Origin: Catajapyx aquilonaris
Taxonomy: Eukaryota
Assembly: GCA_000934665.2 (NCBI GenBank)
Contig: KZ538968.1
Location: 1-38,232 of the forward strand
Direction of reading: 5' to 3'
Length of the DNA: 38,232 bases
In this document: positions 1-9,956 of the stretch, in pieces
Layout of the letters: each line of letters starts with the position of its first letter
Numbering within the stretch: position 1 is the stretch's first letter
Translations under genes and position numbers: made by a program
Notes under the pieces: generated by a model
The model's input: the letters and a program-made list of their open reading frames with translations, nothing else
Told to the model about the DNA's origin: nothing
The model's database searches: none

Positions 1-144
1 GCGCCCACCTTCCCCGCGCGCGGTTTTCGAACGACACACTTCCAGCTTACCGTTCGTCTCTAAGAAAAACTGCTTATACCCTCGGAATCAGGATTTTTTG
101 CCCGATTTTTAGAACCCAACTTGTATTTTGAGTGGAGTGTCCCT
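1..144. mobile_element. Possible end of a TTAA-targeting (Kolobok/T2-like) non-autonomous DNA transposon
   Basis: CpG-rich stretch ending GGAGTGTCCCT|TTAA (reverse TTAA|AGGGACACTCC); the other end lies outside the window. Confidence 0.4.
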
Positions 145-503
145 TTAACCAATTGTGGCATGCAACTGGACAGAGCAAGAATCCTGCACTGGTCTGATGC
201 CAATATATCTAGTCAGGGACCTAACTCCATCTCTAGATGCCAGGAGGAAATAAATATCACCCAAACAGATCTTTGGGCATATGTTAAACCACAATTTCTT
301 TCCTCCCCATAAGATTCTTTGTCAAGCCATTCACATCATATTGGGCCAATGGTTTTCATTATGATGACAGGTACTGCCTTTATGGAGTTAATAATGGCAC
401 AAAACCAGCCTATCTCAGCCATGCAACTGAGAAGAAGTTTTATAGACATCAAAAGTAACTCCACACTTTATCCTAATAATTTCCACATGCCTTTGACACT
501 CAC

Positions 504-1007
504 CACATGCAAAACCCACATGTTCAGCAGGCTCTCAAGGAAAACCTTGGAGGAGAGAAGTGAGGACTTGTTCAACTGCTCCTGCCTCAGGTCATAATCA
601 TCGTGCATAGGAACCATCAGTGCACAGATCATGTCTACTGCTGCATGAGTCACTGAATCATCTCCCCTCTTCAATGCCTTCACCACTTTGACTCCCACTT
701 TTTCCCTGAATCCTGGAAGACTTGTAAGAGCTGAGAATCCTGCCTTTGAGGCAACCAGTCTTCTTAATGCCTGAAACTGGGCTTCCAGATCTTCAGATAC
801 AATGGAAATCTGATCGCCTTCACGTGTCAAGAGGGACTGGATGGCACCCATAATAAGCTTCTCCTTGTTTTCTGCAAACAGGCTATCCCCTGTGACAGCA
901 TGGAGCAAGCCACTGTATGACACATTCGAGTTGAAGCGTTCCACAGCAGAGGAAAAATCCCAACCACATGGGAGCTGCTGCAGAAATTTCAGGTGCATAG
1001 ACTCCAC
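504..1007 (-). CDS. DNAJC13: RME-8 coding exon 6 (VESMHLKFL...NMWVLHV)
   Basis: cctcag acceptor, GTG|GTGAGT donor, 168 codons. Confidence 0.94.
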
Positions 1008-1248
1008 CTGAGGATTTATAAAACATTGAACATATCTAGTAGAAAGCTAAACATTCCTAGCCCTAGTTAATGGCTAAGGAGGCACTAAAATAATCTGCAA
1101 CTACCAGTATTTCTTTACATGGCCTTATTCTCAGGCTCACCAACAAGAAAATCATTTTTTAAACAATTCGTGTAAGACTAACAAATAAGCCTGCACTTTG
1201 ACTTCTGAATTTCTAACGTTATAGAAGTTTATTTATTTATTTATGTAT

Positions 1249-1279
<31 letters not shown>

Positions 1280-4200
1280 CACCCCATTGGGAGAATCGGC
1301 GCTCCATTAGGGGAGTGGAGTACCACCATTGGATGGGGCCAAGGACAGGGAAGGAAGGAAGCGGCTGTGGCCTATTATATGGAAACAACCCCACGGAATT
1401 TTTTTTATCCTGGAGGGACTGTCGAAAACCACAGAAAACCACGGTCAGGGTTGTTGGCTCCGGGATTCGAACCCAGGACCTCCCGATTAGCAGTTGGGGT
1501 CCTTAACCACCACACCAATCTGCTTCGGTAACTTTATAGAAGTTGTAATATATAAAAGCATCAGATAATAATACTGCAGTTGTCCTCACCTCCTCATCAA
1601 CAGGTACAGTGAATGGACCAAGCCTCTTCCCCCTGTCAGTTGGTGTCATCCTCACATGAATGTCTCTGTTACCAGATGCTCTAACACCATCCATCAATGA
1701 TGCCAAAAGAGCATCCCTACAATAAAACAATGGGCTTATAAAAACTCTCTCTAGATTTTAAATATTATTCAGTACATATTTAGAATAAAATTGCAATTAA
1801 TAAATTATCACCTACTAACAGCCAGCCATCAGTACCTGTCAGTAGAAGTGTATGTCCTGATCTGTCCCTTGATATATTCCACGGTAAACATCTGGGGGTC
1901 CTCCTTGCTCCTAACCAGGGCAAAGATGTCGCCAAGTGGCCTGAGGGTGCATATGTTGTATGTCTGGGGGTCCCTCTCCAGAAGGCATGTTTCAGTGAGG
2001 CAAAGAGTCCGCCTCACTGGATCCTTGTGCCTGCAAGACTGTTTGTGAACTGTGAATTCTGAGATGGACGTCAGGTGCAAGTCGTCTAAGCTGTATTTCC
2101 CAAAACGATGACTAGTGAGCTCTTCAAAAGCTACATGGTCCTTCCTCACTCGGACATATATCCCAATATGGTTTGTAGCCTGCTCCTGAACTTTTTGAAG
2201 TATAGAGCTGCGGAAGTGAGATGCAAATCCATGCTGAAAATGTTAAGTTTTTTAGTAAATAAAATCGAGTGTCTTCAAATCATGTTCATTAATCTCATTC
2301 TGCACATTATTATTGCTGTTAGTTATTAATTACTTGTTGTTGTTGCTATTTATTGCACATGGCTACCAAATTACGACATGAGAATTACACCTACAGACTT
2401 TAAGGATTTTTAGTGTTTGAGTCTTTTAGTATCCATATAATATACTTTCAGTCAATATTTCACACCAAAATTGTCGCTTTTACCACTGGTAGTTGCAAGG
2501 GTGGGGGGAGTGGGAAAACCATTTCCTTCAGCATAAAATTAAATGAATATTGCACACATCTTATAGCCACAATATTAACTGATTGCAAAACATTACACCT
2601 CTTTCTTTTGATTTCTAGGGCACATTCATGGACTGAAGGTTTCAGAATAAATTTGAGAAAGCAGTTTTCATGGCACAAATTCAAATGCAGACTAATCTGA
2701 ACCAGACTTATAGGCAACTTTAGAAAGGGTCCTGGAAGCTACCATATCCCTGACTTGGAGCCACACTCCTTACCATCCGACCAAATCCCCCATAGATGAC
2801 CACAAATCCATCAGGTGAATCTGCTATTTCAGCAAGGGCCTCAAAGTCCTTGTAGTAATACGATGCTAGCACCTCCCCTGTGCTTGGATCAAGTTGGTTC
2901 AGAGAGCAAGGTGTCACCTCAAGAACCACAGGTAGACGGCTATCAGACCAATGGTACTTGTATGCGTCATAACGCTGCAAACAAGACAGACAATGGATGT
3001 AGAACCCAATGAATTATCTACTGGAAGAGAAGGCACTTGTCTAGAAACATCAAACACACCTGGGCGTCAGGTCCTTTCTCAGTGAAATGGTGCCTGAACT
3101 TAAGTGCCTCCGTAAGTAGTTCTGCTCTATGCTCCGTGGAGAAGCGCATGCAATCTGTCTTCTTCCCCTTTCGCATGGTTAGAATCAGTTCATTATTCAG
3201 AGCAGGTCCTACACCCTTCAAGCTGGGACTAACCCCAACCACATCTGAATATTGCCACTGGTTTGTTTTTTCCATTGACGTTGGGTTGTACGTTGTTATG
3301 CAGAGTGTTCCCACAGAAAATACACGCTTGTACCTGCAACAAAAAATAATGCCACAGTGAGCAAGTAACATAGATAATTGTCTCTCATCAATGTGGTTTT
3401 GCTTTCTGAAAGATTCTTTCCCCATTTTTTCTATTAGTGTATCAATCAACAACAATTGCTATTTTGTTTCCATATAATATGCAAGAGCTTTTTCCTTGGT
3501 AGCCAGGGTATTTTCCATTAATAACTTTGGTTTCACCACTTTATGACATTTCACAAAATATTCTTGCAATGTCTAATCATTATTTTCCAACATTCCAAAA
3601 ATCATGAAAATTGCAGGATCTAATGCTTAAAACTATCAAAATTCCCATTAGGATAATGGGGACATGGTGTTTCTCACCCCAAGTGGATGATTAGATTGGA
3701 GGGAGAGAGAGGGGCAGGGGGGGGAGGGGGGGGGTGTTGATAAATTATCCACCCCTGGAGATGTAAACAAAGTCAGTGACAATGCATAGGTAAGGTAAGG
3801 AAAAGCCTAAACCTCGTGCCAAGTCTGGAGTGGAGATTCAATTCGTACTGGGGGTGCCTAATTCATCAACATACTGCCCTCTGTTCTGTGTCCTCAGATC
3901 TTCAATTCTGGCAGAGGAACATCCTGTAGGTCATGTCTGGTTATAAGGGAAGTACCCTTTGCAGTAATGACAGTCACTTAAAGTTTAAACTTCTGATGGA
4001 GCACTGAATACAATAGTTTTTGCCAATTTTGCTTTTAAAGGGACAATCTGCAAACCAGTCTAGTTATGCTCTGATTTCATCAAGCACTGCACAAATAATC
4101 GACTCTCTGGTTGCCCATTACAATTAGTCACTGAACTTCTGTCTGCACGAGTTGTGAAGCCAAAGCAGCTAAGGCTATGTGGCATAGGGTAGAGTGAGAG

Positions 4201-4478
4201 GGGAAGATAAAATTTTTGGAACTTGGAAGGAAATGGGAGAATCTCGGGAAAACCCACATGAACACGACGAGAACGTCTCGAAATTATCTCTTTCGTTGCC
4301 CACCCCCATGCACACCTCTCGTCACTCTGTTGTCAAGCAAAATTTGGTCCATGGATACATAAAAATGGATGGATGCATAGTAATTACTTGGCACAATGAG
4401 TACTCACTTTCCCTTCCATGTTGTGTGCTTGGGGGTCAGGAAGCAAGCCAAGTCTTTATTCTCTGAAGCGGAGCCCAT
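504..4478 (-). CDS. DNAJC13: RME-8/DNAJC13 endosomal J-domain protein, N-terminal 525 codons; join complement(4408-4478, 3060-3333, 2774-2974, 1836-2233, 1590-1716, 504-1007); gene continues beyond the left edge
   Basis: Spliced translation [33 protein letters not shown]...HWSDSR...[15 protein letters not shown]...[10 protein letters not shown]...LVASKAGF...[15 protein letters not shown] matches the recalled RME-8/DNAJC13 N-terminus. All five introns are GT-AG and phases are compatible. Confidence 0.96.
1230..1528 (-). mobile_element. Full-length tRNA-derived SINE in an RME-8 intron
   Basis: Pol III box A TGGTGTGGTGG (1507-1517), box B GGTTCGAATCC (1463-1473), (TAAA)n tail (about 1230-1278), and 16-bp flanking direct repeats TAACGTTATAGAAGTT (1214-1229) and TAACTTTATAGAAGTT (1529-1544). 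Confidence 0.9.
1590..1716 (-). CDS. DNAJC13: RME-8 coding exon 5 ([18 protein letters not shown]...VDEE)
   Basis: ttgtag acceptor, GAG|GTGAGG donor. Confidence 0.93.
1836..2233 (-). CDS. DNAJC13: RME-8 coding exon 4 (HGFASHFR...YTSTD-R)
   Basis: ttttcag acceptor, AG|GTACTG donor; extends upstream of the listed ORF 1829..2149. Confidence 0.93.
2774..2974 (-). CDS. DNAJC13: RME-8 coding exon 3 ([13 protein letters not shown]...GGFGRM)
   Basis: ttgcag acceptor, ATG|GTAAGG donor, 67 codons. Confidence 0.93.
3060..3333 (-). CDS. DNAJC13: RME-8 coding exon 2 (YKRVFSVGT...KGPDAQ)
   Basis: gttgcag acceptor, CAG|GTGTGT donor, phase 2 to 0. Confidence 0.93.
4213..4283 (-). mobile_element. Degenerate V-domain-like SINE fragment
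   Basis: GGAAGGAAATGGGAGAATCTCGGGAAAACCCACATGAACACGACGAGAAC resembles the recalled reverse-complemented V-SINE core GGGAGGAAACCGGAGNACCCGGAGAAAACCCACGCAGACACGGGGAGAAC. Confidence 0.5.
4408..4478 (-). CDS. DNAJC13: RME-8 first conserved coding exon ([24 protein letters not shown])
   Basis: Not in the ORF track. Acceptor ttgcag at 4481 gives AG-ATG; donor AA|GTGAGT at 4407; aligns to human [18 protein letters not shown]. Confidence 0.9.
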
Positions 4479-5721
4479 CTCTGCAACTGAACAGAATCAT
4501 TTAGCTATCTCACATACACACCCCCTTAAATGCACATGTGACCAATCAGCACAAACCCTTGACCTGGCTTCTATATGGATAACATTTTTGAGGCATCAAG
4601 GACTTATCTGTTACACAACAGTTGAAATTACATACCCGGCTGAAAACAAACCTCATCAGATCTGACCTGAGAGGATTGGCCTTCAGGAAACAGTTTGATA
4701 CATGCACTACCCTCGGACTAATAAGTCTGTTAGACCAACCAATTTCAGCTTTGTAATCTACTGTAGCAGCAAGTAAATATTTGGTGAGTGATCATCATCA
4801 GTATTTTTTCTCTCTGGATTGCCTCCCACCCATGAACTTCCCATGGCACCACAACTGCCCACAATTCTTACATCATAATAATGTTCACAGGATTGAAGTG
4901 CAATGTCAGCAACTCAGTAGTAGCTAAGGGCCTGCTGCTTCAAGGCCATAATAATTGAGTCACATGTTCCCTACAGCCCTGTATTTTTAATGAGAACAAG
5001 TGTAAGACCAGCAGCCATGATCCAAAAATAATAATCATCGTGGCTGTGATGTTTCATTAGTGGTATATATTATTATTATTATTGAACCAGTGTATTGAAC
5101 TTGAAAAGGTGCACTTGCGGCCTACATCATTGCCGCTTTGCATCACCAATCATGCTGAAGCCCCTGTTTCAGAGGGGAATCCCCTTATGAATTGCTAACC
5201 AGCTATCCTTTTTTGCACTTCCTGATTACATCACTTCAAATATCTGCATATTATTTCATACCTTGCACAAGTATACTGGCAGCCCATTCTCTAAGGTCTG
5301 CATGACATTGACACCTGCACAAGCTTAGTAGTGCATTGGCTGATCAATTTACATGAATGGGATAATACCTATAATACATCTATTGATTTTTTTTTACAAA
5401 AATTAAGTTATTTGAGTGACACATCAATTTGGAGAGTTAAAAATGTATTTTTCACAAGTAGTAATTAATTAAAAATTTCCAAAATTGTCTGTATGCTACC
5501 ATAGCTCAGTCTGATCAAAATCAGCTGATGCTACGATCAGGTGATTTGTGTGTTTCCCAAAGGCTGCCTATACCATTCAACGTAAAAACCACCATATAAA
5601 TCACTTACAAGTACCACAAAATAGCAGAAAACATAAGTTGCCTGTGGGGCAATCAATAGGTTTTGGCTGTGCAATGCTAATTATTTTGGGGGCTAAGTTT
5701 GAGTAGGAAAGAAAATTTAAC

Positions 5722-5790
<69 letters not shown>
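5722..5790. repeat. (AAT)23 microsatellite
   Basis: Perfect trinucleotide run of 69 nt. Confidence 0.97.
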
Positions 5791-5850
5791 CAGTAGCATA
5801 TTCAGTCACTGTAATCAAACTCATATTGCTCAAGGTCATATCAAGTGCCA

Positions 5851-6205
5851 TCTATAATATTAAAATGCTTGCGGGCTTTGGCCGAGCCCTCTGATTGGTC
5901 CGCCCCCACATTGTTGCCGCCGCCTCTTCCTATTGAGCCCCGTCAATTGTTGCTGCGACGTATTCAAAACGCATTGTTGCCGTGACCCCTCCGATTGGCC
6001 CCCGTTCAGCGCATGCATTTTAATATTACATAGATATCTCAAAAATTGTGCATGACAGACACCTTCTAACAGAGATTCCGATTCAGCAATCAGATTCACT
6101 ATTCATATAATTATTCATAAAAAAGACGAAAGTATTTTTTGTAGAACAGTGAAGAAATTTTCCTTTATTTTCTGCCCTTTGTTTTGGCTTTTGGGCCTTC
6201 GCTAG
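5851..6205 (+). mobile_element. Probable non-autonomous Helitron (about 355 bp)
   Basis: A|TCTATATAATTAAAA 5' end, CTAG|T 3' end (A-T target, no TSD), weak GCCC...GGGC subterminal hairpin (6174-6196), internal imperfect repeats. Confidence 0.55.
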
Positions 6206-6828
6206 TATCAAAATTAATTTACTATCCATGACTTCTATTGTACATTACAACTGTACACGTAAGATTTTTATAATAATGCGACAGACTGTCAATGGTTTCC
6301 TGACAACACTGCAGAAAGAAATGAATGTCATTGGATCGACATCCAAATGCAACTTGACCACCTCCACAAAAAATGGCCAGCATGGCAACAGCTGCAGCTA
6401 ACAACAGTTGTCACACTCCACAATGACCCATTACTCCACTTATTGGCATAAAATCCTAATAAGAATCCCTCAAAGGCCGATGTGTCAGCGCAGGCGACAC
6501 TCTGGCAACCCAATACCCTGTCAATGGTTCGGTCCAACCCTGTCAATCCACCAGGCAGAAAGAACAGTAGTTGTGAGTGAATGAAGACAAAGCAACACCT
6601 GTGTGGGCGGCCCCTGTGTTGGGCGGAAGGATGGACTGTCCGGGGCAGGATGCCTGCTGCTGCTGCCTCCGGAAGAAGATCTCGCTGGTCATCCAAGAGA
6701 GTGGTGTCGATCCAGAAGGGGCGAGTTGGAGGGAGGGCGGACCCTGGTCCTGTGGTTAGGGGCAGGGGGACATGGGCCAGCTCAGGAGAGGAAGGAGGAG
6801 CCGGCTGTGCGCGAGTGACACACACGGT

Positions 6829-6838
6829 CCGCCATCTT
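6829..6838 (-). promoter_or_regulatory. YY1/Pho-type motif AAGATGGCGG in the GC-rich putative RME-8 promoter/5' leader (about 6600-7090)
   Basis: Exact CCGCCATCTT inside a GC/CpG-enriched island 2.3 kb upstream of the RME-8 ATG exon, which has its own splice acceptor. Confidence 0.45.
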
Positions 6839-7720
6839 GGAATTACATTATCAGAGGCAGGGACGGGGGGGACGGGGAGGGAGGCAGGGAGGGAAGGTCG
6901 AGCCTGTGTGCGTGTGGTTCTATTGTGTGTGTGTGACCGACACAGAGACAGTCGGAGCCGGTCGCAGCTCGGAGGGAGCTACAGAAAATAATAATAACGA
7001 GAAGGGGAAATGGCAGGATGTGGACCACGGTCCTAGTTCCTTGTCGTAATATTCCGGGAAATGGACGAGGGAACGGCGCCGCCGCATTTGAATTGGGCAT
7101 CCTGATAATACCGGAATTATGGAGAGAACTTGTGTGCAGGATAAGATATACCATTACACGTAGGTCAAGCAGATATTGGGCACAAAATATGAAGTAGAAA
7201 GTAGATTATTGCTTAGATATAAAGTAATTTTCAAAATTGGCAAGCATTTCAAGCTACATCAACAGCTCTGAAGTCAGTAAATTCAAACTAGGTTTAGCTT
7301 AAAATAATGTAGCCTACAAAATGGCTAGTGTAATAGAATACATGTCATATACGTACAGTACTCAGGAAATAATAACAATGACTGTCTTGTCAAATTAATA
7401 AAGGTTCTCCCTATGCTAAAACGTACATTGCATGGCGTCTAAAATAATATTATAATCTACTCATTTATTATGTTCTAGATATCTAAAATAAGTCTTTGAA
7501 AATGTGTATTTAACCTCCTTGAGACTCCATATGGAAGCCATACTTTTTAGCCAGTGTCGACGATTCACTAGTTTTGTTTGATGATGTGAGTGGTCGTCAT
7601 TCGTCATCTGCTATCTTTGTAATAATTTCAGGAGCCTCTGAAGCGTGCCTGGATTTAGTGTGTGCTGATGTGTTTAACCGTGGAACAGTGACGTGCCTGA
7701 AAGTTACGTTAATCGTGACC

Positions 7721-7948
7721 GAACAACAACCTTGAGAACCGTGCCGGCGGACTCATTTCCTGATCAATCGTCGTACTCTACAAGAAATAAATTAATACTT
7801 ATTTGAGGATTTTTGACACTTCGCGAGAAGTAAATCAACGTGGGAGTTTTCCTAAGTGTCAAAAAATCAGCAAAGTATTAATTTATTTCTCGCAAAGTAC
7901 GACGATTTCCAACAAATTCCTCTGCCACGGTTCTCAAGGCTGTTATTC
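7721..7948. repeat. Long imperfect inverted repeat (MITE-like palindrome)
   Basis: Nested paired arms: AACAACCTTGAGAACCGTG / CACGGTTCTCAAGGCTGTT; AATCGTCGTACTCTACAAGAAATAAATTAATACTT / AAGTATTAATTTATTTCTCGCAAAGTACGACGATT; GATTTTTGACACTT / AAGTGTCAAAAAATC; about 30-nt spacer. Confidence 0.85.
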
Positions 7949-9071
7949 CGTATTTTAGCGCATTTCATAATTAAATCAGCCTCACATTATTTTGCCAGGT
8001 TGTACTCTAATTTCGGGTTTTTAAGGCGGTCTTATTGGTAATTAAAGGGACTTCTAGAGGAGTTAAATATTGTTCGCAACACATTCGCAGTGTTTTCAAT
8101 GAATGGGCAAAATAATATAGCTGTTATTATTTATAAAATATCTTGGCCGTATCTTCAGAGTAGACGTAAGGGAAAATCTAGGCATTTTCGGACTAGCTGA
8201 TGGTAGCGACGCATAATTCAGTCAAGACGAGAATAAACCCTTCTATATTTTTCTAACAAACTCGCACATAACAACTAAATAAGTCCCTACCCAAACATTC
8301 CGTAAGCTATGGAGTATGGAAGAAGAATCCCAGCTGCATGAAGTCAGTTGTTTAGTAGGCCTACACCGACGACCAGCACTTCCTTCATCTCTCTCAGACC
8401 ACTGCCTTTCCTTCCTATAGTGATATCTAATATCTACGCAGCACTGGAAATAAGATTGTCATTATACATTCCTTTCCTCTCAAAAAACAAGCACTCGGAA
8501 TAATTACGCTTACATGTAATGCATTTTATGCACGTAAGATAATAGGAATATGCAGACATAATTACGAAAAGGGTGTTTGTTCCATTTACATTGATTTAGT
8601 AATATTAGCAATTATTTTTGGCATTACACTACTTTTTTGAAACTGTTATTTTAGGAAGTTATCAAAAATGTTATCTTCTAACAATATACTGGTATTGTAT
8701 AAATGCCAAATACCCACGTTTGAATAAATTTATGGTTATCAATTGGCTGACTTTTTAAATGGCTTGAGACCGATCTTGCTAATAATACCAGGTAAATAAA
8801 TCATTTTTGTAATATTAGGGCCTTTCACGCTGTAAAATATTGAGTTACCGAATAAAGTTCTGATTGTTTTTGGAGGCAACAAAATTACTCAAATTCAGTT
8901 TAAAACGGTGACCGTTTAGAATTAATTTTCAGATATCACCCATCACATAACAACTTTTTCTCCAAACTTATATAGGCTAAAGAGTATGTTGCATCACAAA
9001 CAAATAATAATTGCCCACCCTCTTACATATAGAGCAGGGCTGAGGCATTCCTTTACTGTTGGCATTGTTTT

Positions 9072-9084
9072 GTCACTTGGTAAC
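9072..9084. promoter_or_regulatory. Candidate RFX X-box upstream of the TTLL9-like gene
   Basis: GTCACTTGGTAAC fits GTNRCY-N-RGYAAC; about 100 bp before a candidate donor AAG|GTATTT at 9187. Confidence 0.4.
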
Positions 9085-9956
9085 ACCGATTCCGCGGTTC
9101 GATGAGCCGGCGCCGGCGTTGTTTTTTTTTCATCTTTCCACTTTTACACCGTTTATGAAGAGGAAATCCGCATTACGGAATTAAAGGTATTTCTCTCATT
9201 AAAACAATAACTTTAAGATGCACATCTTCTTAACACAGCCACATATCCAGCTGTAATATACATAACAAAATGGCAAGCATAGCAAGTTACTGCACCTTCA
9301 ACATCAAGAATAGTTAGACACTGGTTTATTTTGCCATATTATAGAGCTGCTCTTTGATTTATGCAGTGACTTGGTTGTTTTCAGAAACTTATACCAGTGA
9401 GCCACAAACTAATCACAAATTAAGTTATCTATTATTATTGACGATGATTTTTTCGTGGGGATGAGCGAGTGGCCAAAGTTAGCCGTGGGGTACTTTGCTT
9501 TTCCATTAGTGAATCGTAGTATTTATTTATTTTTAACTAACACGTGTTACTAGATTGGCCCTGAGTTCAAAATTCGGATTCCTTCAGCAAACGGAAAGTT
9601 TTCAGCCTTGATGGCAAATAATTATTTTATAGCAAGAACATTGTCGTAATGGGGCGTCAGCGCCACAGCCCGCTCACATAATTACGGTAGTCATGCGATT
9701 TAAAATAATGAATTTAAATGTCGGAATAATTGAACTGAGGGTCTGTTTTTTCCATGAACCATCATTATTATTTGCAGCAGAACTTTTCTAATTATATTAA
9801 AAAACAAGTGAAACTCAGAGTCAGTAAAGTCCTATACAATTTGGTGCAGCGGAAACCTTAGGTTGATGTTCGCAATATTGCAATATTAGTGAAATACACA
9901 CATTAATATGTTATATTTTATTGTGAAAACTTTTCACAGTGCGCAGTCCTATTGAA

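Noticed and set aside
1455..1523. tRNA-Ser(GCT)-like gene on the minus strand
   Set aside because: No paired acceptor stem or long variable arm; it is the head of a SINE with a tail and TSD.
3773..4798. Possible intronic C/D-box snoRNAs in RME-8
   Set aside because: Only loose TGATGA/CTGA pairs, with no terminal stems or recognisable rRNA guides.
6328..7154. Cluster of overlapping ORFs (165, 136, 103 aa)
   Set aside because: Expected from stop-poor GC-rich promoter/leader DNA; no family resemblance.
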